Origin: Eledone cirrhosa | Taxonomy: Eukaryota | NCBI GenBank assembly: GCA_964016885.1 | Contig: OZ024757.1 | Span: forward strand, 16,988,001-17,052,000 | DNA length: 64,000 nt | Reading direction: 5' to 3' | Shown here: positions 23,819 through 36,200 of the stretch, in pieces | Numbering within the stretch: position 1 is the first letter of the stretch | Layout of the letters: each line of letters starts with the position of its first letter | Program-made: the position numbers and the translations under genes | The notes under the pieces: model-generated | The model's input: only the letters and a program-made list of their open reading frames with translations | Told to the model about the DNA's origin: nothing | Database searches by the model: none

Positions 23819-24878
23819 TATGTATATATATATATGTGTGTGCGTGTGTGTGAGTGTTGAAGATAGCTGTGAGTCACATCTGAAATACATACTCAGTTAT
23901 ATAAACAGCTAATAAACAACAACAACTTCCAGGCTACTTAGTCATGGCCTTTGAATGGGGTGGGATGTGAAGTGCTAGTTAAAAATGGTAAATTGAGAGC
24001 CCAAAACCTTTAAGGACCACAACCATTCAATTCTGGATTCCATCATACAGCGTAGCACCTTGAGCAAGTACATTCCACCATAGCCTCGAGTTGACCAACA
24101 ACTATTTGTCAGGGGAATTTTGGAGATGGAAACTGTTTTTAGAATAGATACATGATGTCCCTGCATGTCATATAAGGTGACAAAATGATTTGATGTCAGA
24201 AAGTGTATTTTATCCCAATACACGCCTTAACATGTGCCAGCATGGAAAAATGGGTGTCCAAATGACGACGACAATGATGATATATGTATGTGCATTAATG
24301 TATATGCATGTTTATGTAATGGTAACACAGCAGTCCAGCATACAGCAGTTGTGAGTTTGGGTCCCACAGGTGATAATGCCGACTTAAAATAAAATACACC
24401 CAGTCCACACTATACAAGTAGTAGTGATGGTGCCACCCTGATGGGTGGTAGTGCTAATGCCATGCTAAAAAACATCCAGTTCACTCTGTAAGGTGGTAAG
24501 GCCAGTGTCAAGCTGAAAAACACCCAGTCCACTCTGTAAGGTTGCAGTGCCAGTGTCACAATAAAATACTCCCAGTACACGCTGTAAAGTGGTTGTTCGG
24601 AAGGACATCCAGCCATAGAAACCATGCTCCCAGTACACGCTGTAAAGTGGTTGGTATTCGGAAGGACATCCAGCCATAGAAACTATGCTCCCAGTACACC
24701 CTGTATAGTGGTTGGTGTTAAGAAGGGCATCAAACCAGAGATTAAGCCAAAATGGTAAAATGTAGTCACCTGACACCACAAGCCTGAGCACATGACAAAC
24801 CGTTTAACCCATGCAAGCATGGAACATTGACCTTAAATTGTAATGATGATGATGTGTGTATGTAAATTTATGTATATA

Positions 24879-25015
24879 CCGTATATACTCAAATACAAAC
24901 CGACCCGACAATTTTGTGTCTGAGAAATGGGCAAAAGTCGAGGTTTGATTTTTTCCCATATCTCAGACATAAAATGGAAGGGGAGAGGGTCGGCTTATAT
25001 TTGAGTATACACGGT
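24879..25015. mobile_element. CCGTA-ended (Tc2/pogo-like) MITE
   Basis: CCGTATATACTCAAATA.AA.CCGACCC / GGGTCGGCTTATATTTGAGTATACACGG; relatives near 3870-4262, 18714-18890, 45980-46070. Confidence 0.65.
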
Positions 25016-26478
25016 GATTCAATGTTGTGAATTAAAAAAATTTTGAAAATTTCTGATCTAAAAATGGAGAAAGTCTATGTAGAGAAAACAACATAAAAAT
25101 GTGATGTAGCTTGCTTGAAGTAATGTGTAAAATGTAGATATTTGTGTGTTTTATTTGAAGACTGCAGCAATGAATATGGGACATTAAATGTTAGAAATAA
25201 TAGTTCCTGATTTAGGCACAAGGCCAAAAATTTTTGGCGAGAGGAGAAAGTCGAATAAATTGACCCCAGTATATTACTGCTGCTTTATTTTATCAACCCT
25301 GTAAGGATGAAAGACAAAGCTAACCTCGGCATGATTTGAACTCAGAACGCCAAGGGCCTTAACTCTATGCTGCATGTTGTCCAACGCTCTACCGATACTG
25401 CCAGTTCACTGCCCTCAATAATTTCTGATTTAGGCACAAGCCCAGCAATTTTTCGCAGAAGGGGAAAGTCGATTAAATCGGCCACAGTTCATTATTGGGG
25501 CCTAATTTATCTACCCCATAAGGATGAAAGGCTTCATTGGCCTCGACGGGATTTCAACTGAGAAGTTGAAGAAACTAATTATAATAATTATAATAGTTAT
25601 ATACGTACACACACACACATACATACATGCACACACACACACACACAGCTAACTCAGGCGGGATTTGAACTCAGAACGTAAAGGGCCATAACTTTATGCT
25701 GCAAAGCATGTTGTCCGATGATCTACCAATTAGAAATAATGTTAAAGATGTCAGAATTTTACTTTGGAGATGTTTAACACAGTTCCATATTTTGGGATAA
25801 ATTCTCTTCATCATAAGAAGAATTGAGGCAACTAATTTGGAGCAGGCTATTTATGTTGTTCTTATGACAGCATAAGAATGATACAAGATATCAACATCAT
25901 CACTGTTTAATGTCTATTTTTTCATGCTTGAGTGGGTTAGATGGGTCGTCCACATTATGAGACAAATCTGGCCAGTTGGCTGTGCCATACCTTGCTCAAA
26001 CAGAACTGTATTTTTGGTGGGTTTTCTTTTTACAGCTGGATGCCCTTCCTAACACCCCCCACATTTACCATGGAACTGAGAGGTCCTGTTATGAGGTAGG
26101 TCTAGCCAGTTGGCTGCACCGTAACCTGCTCATAACAGAACCATATTTTGGGAGCTTGGTGGTCATGCTATGAGGAAGGTGTGGCCAGTTAATTGTGCCA
26201 TACCTTGCTCATAGCAGAACCATATTTTAGGAGCTTGGTAACTATGAGGAAGGTCTGGCTAGTTGGCTACACCACACCTTGCTCATAGCAGATCCAATTT
26301 AATTTTCCCAATCCTCCTAGTGATGAAGGTATTTTATCCCGAAATATTAAGGAATATTAAACAACTCCAAAGCAACATTCCAACATCTTTGTCATCATTA
26401 ATTTTAACATATAATGTCCCATTTACATTGTCATAGCCTTCTAATAAAAGTTTTAACAACAATTACAAACATACTAAC

Positions 26479-26549
26479 CTTCGTGGAATTTTTAACACTG
26501 TTTGACTTTGAACCTAGAATAACAGGTTTTGGTAAAATACTTTGTAAAC
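26479..26549 (-). CDS. EHMT1: EHMT exon (G)LQSILPKPVILGSKSNSVKNSTK
   Basis: poly-T tract + aag acceptor, AAG|gttagt donor, 71 nt, phase 1-0. Confidence 0.7.
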
Positions 26550-26700
26550 CTTGAAACAAAAAAAAAAAAAAAAAAAGGAAATTATTTTTCATATAGAAAA
26601 CAAGCAAGTTCATTAAAAAGATTTTAAAAACAACTTCAAAATTCTTAACTCAATACATATCTATGAAGTCATATATATATTGCGTAAAATTGTAGAAATC

Positions 26701-26990
26701 TCTTCTTCTTCACCCACTTATTCCTGAGAGTTTCGTGGGGGAAGAGTCCTCAAACAGAGTCCTCAAACACTCCATCCAACGGGTCCTGTCAGAACCAACC
26801 ATCTCCAACTGATCCGGCTGGATCCCCAAGTGTGACCAGCCAAGCTCATAGTTGTAATCCAACCATCTTGCTCGAGGTCTCATGCAGGTTTGTTTCGCCC
26901 GTAAAATCTGTCCAATGATTCTTTCCTGAGACATTCTAACCACATGTCCATAATATCGGAGCTCTGATCTCTCAATTCAGAGAAGTAGCA
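26701..26990 (-). mobile_element. Decayed RTE-clade LINE 3' fragment
   Basis: QLRYYGHVVRM...RPRARWLD; same 3' end as 15480-15975. Confidence 0.75.
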
Positions 26991-27656
26991 GAATCTCAAA
27001 CACAGAAATTGCTGTAAAACAGCCAGCTGCTATGATGATCATAGCAAAGTGCTAGGTTAAAATATCCTATCTCTTTCTCTTCTTCTCTGACTGTTCTTCC
27101 ATTCATAAGAGATTATAATTTAACCCAACACCTTGCTACAATCATCGTAGCAGCTGGTCATTTTACAGTTATTCCCATGTTTGAGATTTCTATAATTTTA
27201 TGAAATATTTACACACTCATTGCTCCGAATTATTTCTTATCATGTTGTTTCCACATATACATACACACATATATATCATCATCACCATCATTGTTTAACG
27301 TCCATTTTCCACGCTAGCATGGGTTAGACGGGTTGTTCCATTAGAGGCAAGTTGGACAGGTGACCGTGTCTTGCTCATATATATATATATAAACAATAAG
27401 TTACAAAGTCCTCGATCCACGTTACTGAGATTCATCAATTGAAATAATTGTTTCTACTTTTGGCACAAGGCCAGCAATTATCCCAGTGCATTACTGGTAC
27501 TTTATTTCATCGACCCCGTAAAGATGAAAGGCAAAGTTAACCTCGGCGGGATTTGAACTCGGACCGTAACTCTATGCTGCAAAGCATGGCGTCCGACCCT
27601 CTACCGATAATGGAAACAGATTACTAATATACCTTATATATATATATAAATATATC

Positions 27657-28051
27657 ATCATCATCATCATCATCACCATCATCACCGTTTTACGTCCGTT
27701 CTTCCACGCTAGCATGGGTTAGACGGGTTGTCCTGTTGTGGGCAGTGTCCGGTCGGCTGACCGTGTCTTGCTCATACAGGAACTGATTCTGGCTTGATTT
27801 CTATGGCTGAATGCCCTTCCCAACACCAGCCTCATTTACAGTGTGGGCTGGATGCTTTTTTCCACGACCACTTTGCAGTGGAATGATAGGGACCCCAGTC
27901 CTATCATTTCATTTCTACAGCTGAGTAAACTGGAGCAATGTGAAATAAAGTGTCTTGCTCAAGGAAACAACACATCACCCGGTCTGGGAATTGAACTCAC
28001 AACCTTTCGATTGCAAGCCCAATGCTCTAACCACTAAGCCATGCGCCTTCA
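27657..28051 (-). mobile_element. tRNA-derived SINE, same family
   Basis: sequence match to 254-618 and 9966-10275. Confidence 0.8.
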
Positions 28052-28052
28052 C

Positions 28053-28158
<106 letters not shown>

Positions 28159-28694
28159 CTCATATATAAATGAGCTCACATTTAATGTATTTAAATGTCT
28201 AACTGTATGAACTGCAATTGTTTACCTTCAGTCAGATCACATGACCTTCATTGAGTTTGAAAGCAGTCACAAAACTATTATTGAAATATATTAATATTCA
28301 ATTTACAGCTCACACTTATGTAGGTTTAACTGGCTTCCATGAGGTTGTATATCATAGGAGGTTTCTTAATACCAGAGGAGGTCTAAGTCCTATCATGTTG
28401 TTTTTGTTACAGTTCACACATATCTAGGTTTAGCTAGCCTTCCACCAGGATGTATCTCATAGAACATTTCTCAGGTATTTTAATGATAGGGAACCACAGT
28501 CCTATCATGAAAAGCAAAGTGCTCAAAAACATAACATGCTACCCAATTCAAGAATCAAACACACAATCTTATGAGTGTAAGTTGAACACCCTAACCACTG
28601 GGCTATGTACCTTCACCATTGTCCGCTTCACCTCACTGAGCACACAGGAACTAACAATAAACTAACCATAGAGAAGACATAGTACTGTACTTAC

Positions 28695-28730
28695 CTTTTC
28701 TTAATTCTGGTAGTTTACTGCCACTGTTCT
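28695..28730 (-). CDS. EHMT1: EHMT 36-nt microexon (E)NSGSKLPELRK(G)
   Basis: long pyrimidine tract, cacag|...AAG|gtaagt, phase 1-1. Confidence 0.62.
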
Positions 28731-28868
28731 CTGTGAAGGGTAGAATGGAGGAGGTTGAAAATATTGAGAGAAGGCAGAAGAGAGAAATGTAACTATGGTG
28801 CAGAGGAGATTAAGATAAGAGACACACAACCATAGAAAGACATTTCTTATTTACATGCATACATACAC

Positions 28869-28899
<31 letters not shown>

Positions 28900-28932
28900 T
28901 TAATATATACACACACACACATATATACATAA

Positions 28933-28963
<31 letters not shown>

Positions 28964-29964
28964 CACATGCATATGCATACATATATACACAACACAGTTT
29001 CACCTTCTAAATATGGCAAGTAAGAAGAAACATCAAACAATTTCATGACCAAACAATTTCAGGGTGTTCAAGAGTTGGAAAGCAAGCCAGGGAGAACACT
29101 CCAATAGCTTGAGCTGATCTAAGTCTTTTAGAACAATTTAAGGCAAATGCAGAGGGAGTGAATCTTGTTTATAAGCTAATTTGTTGAAAGCAACAGTCAT
29201 ATTTTGATCTTATTAATTCTCCTTGGCAAACATATTAACTTCAGCAAGTTGGTTAGACTAGAAACAGCCAAATATAGATATACACATGCATATATGTAAT
29301 ATATAATATAAAATATATGTGGTATGGTCCCATAACTCCTGATGGTGTCAGACGGGTGCCATATTGACATACACCGTTTCTTGGGCATTTTTAAGCCTGG
29401 TAGGGTCCATCCCTCTCCACACCTGAGCACAGCAAATTTCTTCTAGAGAAAGATAGAAAGTGAGAGAAAGGATATAGAGGAAGAATCAACCCCAGTATTA
29501 GACTGGTACTTTTTTTTATCGACCTTGAAAGGGTAAAAGGCAAAGCTGACCTCAGCGGGAATTGAACTTAGAGGTCAGAGAGCCAGAACGAGTTACCATA
29601 AAGCATTCCATCCGACATTCTAACAACTCTGTCAATTTGCCACCTAAAATACCCCTAGGGACAGATAAATCAAGAGACACAGTGTTTGATTCTCTGTAGT
29701 AGCTGCTGGGTATTTATAGCAATTTCTGCATTTTGATTCCAACATTTCAAATCATCAACATCACCGTTTAATGTCCATTTTTCATGCTAGCATGGGTTAG
29801 ACAAGTTATCCCGTTGTGAAAGAAGTCAGATCAGATGACCAGGTCTTGCTCATACAGAACTGATTTTGGTTAGGTTTCTATAGCTGGATACCCTTCCTAA
29901 TGCCAACCACATTTACAGAGTGGACTGGGTGCTTTATATATATATGAATATATATGTAACTTAC

Positions 29965-29989
29965 CTTTTCCACAGTCATCCATTTTATG
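29965..29989 (-). CDS. EHMT1: EHMT 25-nt microexon HKMDDCGK(E)
   Basis: ttcttccag-type acceptor, AAG|gtaagt donor, phase 0-1; supplies the phase shift between the giant exon and the next exons. Confidence 0.65.
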
Positions 29990-32900
29990 CTGGAAAGAAG
30001 TAAAACACTACGATTGAGATAAAACAGACATACTAGTTGTTGTATAGTTGGGAGTGTATCTATGGGACATATAACCAAAGCTATGTACTATGTCAAGGGG
30101 TTAGATATCTGCATGTGCGTGCTGAGAGAGAGCAGTATTGAGAAAAGAGAAGCAGTGAGAGGGACATAGAGAGAAGAAAATGTCCAACATCCTCCTACAA
30201 CACTTTATATACAAACTGTATTTCTTTGTGTATTTATAATAAGATTTGAGTATAAGACCTGTTCCTGATGCTAAACATTGTTTATATACACAACACACCA
30301 TATTTCTTTGTATATATTTAAGTTGAGTATATGATCTGTTCCTGATGCTAAAAATTAATTATATACACACAGTATTTCTTTGTGTATTTATAATATAACT
30401 TGAGTATAATATGACCTATTCCCAAAGCTAAAAATTGATTATATACATACCATATTTCTTTGTGTAGTTATAATAAGATTTGAGTATATAACCCATTCCA
30501 GAAGCTAAAAATTGTTAACATACATACCATATTTCTTTGTGTATATATAATACACTTTGAGTATAATATGATCTGTTATCCATCAAAACCTCAACCTCAC
30601 ATATATTTCACTACAATATTCAGTTTCTTATATGAATGGTAAGAAGCTTTCAGGAGAGCTGGACAGCAGAAGGTCTTCAGAGAAGAAACCCCACTCAAGC
30701 GAGTGCTTTTGCCCTTAACTTCTAAAGGTTAACTTCATTACAATATTCAGATTTTCATGATGTTAGCATAGAGTTTGATCGACAAGATCCCAAACCTCAT
30801 TTGCCTGCCAAACGAGGTAGAACTCGTCAAATTGGACCAAGGAAACAATGTTTCCATTGCTAATACTATCTACTGGTCTACGCAATGATGTTAAAGAATG
30901 TAAAACAACCAGTGTTGTTCAGCAAATATTGCCAATACATTGAATACCATTTGTAAACAATTGTTATCAATATGGATCTGCAATCTTCCCATTTGAAATG
31001 ATTATCTTTAACCTGTTACCATTTAAACCAGCCATATCTAGACAGAATTCTCTCACCTCTTTTTCTTCAAACTGGCCATAACCAGCTGCTTATACTGATG
31101 TTAAGGTATTTTTCTCAAAATAAATAATATCAAAATCTCATAGATTCAATATTATGCAAGATATTTATGTAAGATAAAGTGTTTATCATGAAAATACAAT
31201 AGTAAATATAGAGTAATGTAAATGCTAAAGGGTTAAACTCAGTAAATATCTCTGAAAACATGTATTCGTGTATGATATGACCCTGCTTTTCTGCCCTTAA
31301 TCTTAGTTCAAAATTGATTGTATTATACATGAGGAAATATGCAGGTAGCTAAAAGAATAGGATGGAAAAAGTTTGGGGAACTACTATCTTTGTTGACAAC
31401 AAAAGTATTTACTCTCCAAGTAAATTGTAGGTCATATGATGCCTGCATGACTGCAAGACATAGGCAACAAATGCAAAGGACATGTGAATGAACTGAGAGA
31501 AAATCTGGGTATAATACGAATCAGATGTAGTATGCAAGACTGCACTGGTTTGATGCACATAGGGAATTATATGTGTATGTGAAATATTTAAAGCATATAT
31601 ATTGTGTGGAAACTCAGATGAATTTAATCACCTGGCTATTAGTTTTGGCATGGTTTCTACAGCATGACATCCTTCCTAATACCAACCATATTACAGAGTA
31701 TTGTGTGTGCATTTTATCATGGTACCAGCACTAAAGATGTTGCCCCCAACACAACTGAAGGATCCTCTCAATCCTTCCTAATACCAGAGTATTCTGGGAG
31801 CATTTTATCGTGGTGCCAGCACCAAGAGTTGTTGTCCTTGACACAACTAAAAGGTCCTCTCAACCCTCCCTAATGCCAACCACATTAGTGTTCTGGGTGC
31901 ATTTTATCGTGGTGCCAGCTCCAAGAGTTGTTGTCCTTGACACAACTGAAGGGCTCTTTCAACCCTTCCTAATACCAACCACTTTACAGAGTGTTCTGGG
32001 TCCATTTTATCATGGTGCCAGCACTAGAGAGATTGTTATGCCCACCCCGTAATGGGTGAAAATTGGTTTCTATGGTTAGATGATGATTGCTAGTGTATAT
32101 TAGGAATTCTAAGATAAATCTAACCCTTTTGTGAGATATTTTTTTTTAACAAAATAAATTGCATTTACATTACTCTATATTTACAATCATATTTTCATGG
32201 TAAAGGCTTTACCTCACATAATATCGAGTCTATGAGATTTTGATATTATGTATTTTGACAAACACTACCTCAACATCAGTATGAGTGGCTGGATACAGCC
32301 GGTTTGAACAGAAAGTGGTTAGAGAATTCTGGCTGGATATGCCGGTTTAAATAACCAAAAATGTTGAGGTATTTAGTAAATAACTAATTTCTCTGTAATG
32401 AAGTTGCAGTTTGGAACATTATCATAATAGAAGGTTCTGGCATAAAAGTTTGAAAACAAATTCAAATTTAAATAGAAGACTTTAACCTTTTTGTTAGCAT
32501 GTTGCTAATCAAAAATATCATCATCATTGTTTGAATGTTCACATTCCCCACCCTGGCATAGGTTGGACATGATGTTCTGAGACAAAGTTCTATAGCTGGA
32601 TGCTTATCCTGACACCAATCCTTTAAGTTACCTCATACAACACTTCGATATGGTGTACCCATTCTAAAACCAGGGATACACATCTTCTATTGCTAATGAC
32701 CTTACAACTTATGGGGGGTTCAGAGAAATATAAACACTTTAAAACAAACAGTTTTGTATTGTATAACTAAGGGTAGTTTGATATCAGAAGGGTTAAACTG
32801 GTGTTTGGCAACTATCTTAAAGGTGTTTACATAAAATCATGATGGACATTTTTTTTTTGTTTTTTTTTTAGATAAATATAAAACTTTAAAACAAATAGTT

Positions 32901-33006
32901 TTATATCATAGAACTGGGACCAGTTTTAAGTAATTTAATATAAAAAAAAAAGGTTAACCTCATAAAATATCACATGTGAATAGGGTTAACGTAGGATTAT
33001 GAAGAT

Positions 33007-33224
33007 TTAACCCTTGAGCCTTTAAACCAGCCATATCCGGTCAGAATTCTCACACCTCTTTCTGTTCAAACTGGCTGCTCATACTGATGTTAAGGTATTG
33101 TTCTCAAAATAAATTATAACATCATCAAAATCTCAGATTCGATATTATGTGAGATATTTATAAGAGATAAAGCCTTTACTGCTAAAATACAATAGTAAAT
33201 ATAATGTAAATTCTGAAGGGTTAA
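33007..33224. mobile_element. TTAA-CCCT-ended MITE (piggyBac-like ends)
   Basis: ttaaccctt...aagggttaa; copies at 31008-31235, 38783-39000 and inverted at ~32160-32350. Confidence 0.6.
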
Positions 33225-33263
33225 ATGTGAAAGACAAGATGACAACAAGAAGATGAAACTTAC

Positions 33264-36200
33264 TGTGATATCAATAACTCTGTCTGTTTCTTTGAGGAGA
33301 TAAGGTGCCGACTGTTGATGAGCCACTGTGGTGTTGTGAAATTCTTTAGCAGCCAATTGTTTCGCCTGGCTTTCTCGAAGAAGTTCTGCAACAGTTTTAC
33401 CAGTATGGCCACTTTTCCCTGAAGATCTCCTGTGTTGAGACGGCATCTTACTACGTCGTAAATGTGGCATGATAGGACCAGCAGAGTTATCTTCCTTGCT
33501 GCTAGGGGCTATTGTATGACTTTTTTTTGTCAAAAGTTCCAAAATAGTCGACGAGTTTTTTATTGCGGCACTCGTGTTGCTAAAAGTCTTTTTGTTGTTG
33601 TTATCGCTCTCTGCTGGTTCCAAGAAGGGGGTTTTCTCTGGCACATCGTCTCCATCTCGTGAGACAACATCGTCATCATCATCATCATCGTCGTCATCAT
33701 CATCCATATCATCTTGACCAGAATTTTCACTGTTACGTTTGAAAATCTTTTTCCGTTTTTTGTTTGGGAGATCATATGTACCCCAACGCCTTTTGCGAGT
33801 TCGGATGTTCTTGGATCGACTGTTTTCAGAGTCAGAAAGGGACAAGGCATCATCCTTATCGGGGAAATCAAATTTTGAGTTCATCTTATTGATTTTTATG
33901 GGGCTTGAGGGGGGAGATTTCGCTGAACTGTTGTAAGAATTCTCAATCACAGGTAACTTGATTCGTATATTGGCAATCGGGGCAAGGTTGACAGTCTTTA
34001 CGTAATGGTTCGACTGATTAGCTGGGGTACCTGATTTTCGGGCTTTTGGGGTCGGTTTGCTCACCTGATCTACTGAGACTGGCAGTAATCCGGGAGTAAG
34101 GAGCTGACATGCTGGTGTTAGAGACGGTGGCGTTGTGGGAGGAGAAGAGCGAGTGTTGGGGCCAGAGACATCAGGTGTGATGAGTAAGAGACTGTCGGGG
34201 GAGGACGAAGAGGATGAGGAGGGGACTACAGATGCCGAAGGAGAGAGAGTTCGTTTCTCACTGAAGATGGTGTCGTGCTTCTGTAGGTTCGTGGGACAGC
34301 TGCTCGTAGAAATAGGGACAGTTTTCGAACTCTGAGGAGAACCGACTGCAGCTTTGAGGACAGTCGTCGTCTCCTCACGTTTAGCTTCCAAAGGACCAAT
34401 ATCCATGGGTTGAGCCAGCTGAGAAACGAGGGGAAGAATTGGTGCTGCAGGAGGTGACTGCCGAGGGGGTAAGATTGGTTTAGTTGACGACAATGAAGAT
34501 GCTAGTAATGGAGACGATACAAACAGACTTTCTAGTTCTTTCTTCCTGGCACTCTCTTTCTCACTACAAGCACCATCAGTGAAACTATTCATAGCAATAC
34601 TCTTCCTATTATCATTCCTGTTATTATTTTTCCTTTTATTTCTATTAGTTTTGCTGGTGCTGCTATTTTTGGCCCTGGTGCTGAAATTGTTGTTGTTTTT
34701 GGCTTTGCTGTTGATACTATTGTTGCTTCTGTTCTGTCCTTGTAATGTCCCCTCTTCTGTTGTTGCTTTTGTGGCAACAAACAAAGAATTATTATTATTA
34801 TTATTTTTATTATTGTTGTTGTTGTTACTGTTGTTGTTCTTGCTGCTGCTGCTGCTGTTGCTTTTCCCGATTACAGGATCGGGGACATTAACAAGGGCAG
34901 CCTTACTTCCAACCCCTTTCCCTGATATCGTTGGGCTTTTGGACACAATGGGAGGACATTCAGTCACCCCTCCTGCCGAGCTGCTGCTATTATCATTATT
35001 ATTGTTGGTAGTAGTAGTGGTAGAAGTAGTAGAAGTAGTATTACTACTACTACTGCTGATACTAGGGGCTGGTATCTTGATATCACTTGCTTTAGTGAGG
35101 AAACTCGTAATGAAAGTTTGTGATGGTATCGCCACTGGTAAAAGGTTTGAGGAAGAGTGTGCTTTCACACTCTCATGACTGCTCTTCAGGATGGCCATAA
35201 AGGGGTCAGGTAGTAATGGAGGAGTAGGTAAAAGAGGGCTCTTCGCTGGAGCTTGTGCCTTCACAGTCTCAATTGTGGTCAATATAGGGGGCAATTTGTT
35301 TGTTAGACGAGGAGCTTGGTCACTACTTGCACCACCAACACGGCTCGCTTTCTCAAAAGGTCCTTTATCACTATTTCTGGAAGGGCACCTCTTTGTAGCA
35401 TCAGGACTACTACTAGTACTACTATCACTACCACTACCAGTAGTAGTAGTACTACTATTACTGCTGCTGCTGCTGTTGCTGCTGGATGTGTTTTTGGTGG
35501 AAGTTGCATCTTGAAATGCATCTTTAACTTTATCTGCACTTACATCTGTAGCACCCTCTGAGTGGACAGCAGCAACAGTTGCAACAGGAGTGACACTTTT
35601 GGTGTTGTTAGTGGCATTGGTGCTAGTGTCGTTGTTGCTATCGATGCTGCTGATGTTATTGTTGCTGTTGCTATTAGTGATATTTTTATTGCTGCTGCTG
35701 CTGCTGCTGCTGCTACTACTACTATTGCTGCTAGTGATGCTGTTGGTGCTACTGGTAGTACTGTTGGTGTTGGTGCTGCTAGTGTTTATACTACTGATGA
35801 AACTAGTGTTGGTCTTGGTGCTAGTGATGCAGCTGGTGTCCGCGGAGCTAGTGTTGCTGCTGTTAGAGAGTGGTGCATCGACATTAGTTTTGGAGGAAGT
35901 GACATCTGTGGTGATAGGGGTGGTGGTTGTAGCAGTAGTAGTAGCAGTGAGGGTCACATCAGTGAGAGAGGTGCGAGGTCCAGAAATATCCACCCCAATG
36001 TCATTGTAGCTCTGTATATCAGAATTAGCTGCCCCAGTGGTGCTGCTTTCCACATGAGGACTGGTCAGAGAACTGGACATTCCAATATTGCCATTGTCCT
36101 TATCAGAACTGGACACTCCAATACTGCTGTCATCCGTATCAGATTTTGCCACAGAACTCACCATTTCAGGACTGACACTGTCTTTATCAGATTTGGCCAG

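Noticed and set aside
26320-26360. GTGATGAAGG...CCGAAA hammerhead-like string
   Set aside because: First core base is wrong and there is no stem I or cut site; at best a heavily decayed relic
33114-33263. C-terminal 49 aa of the 1666-aa ORF
   Set aside because: Read-through past the ACA|gtaagt donor into intron and MITE sequence
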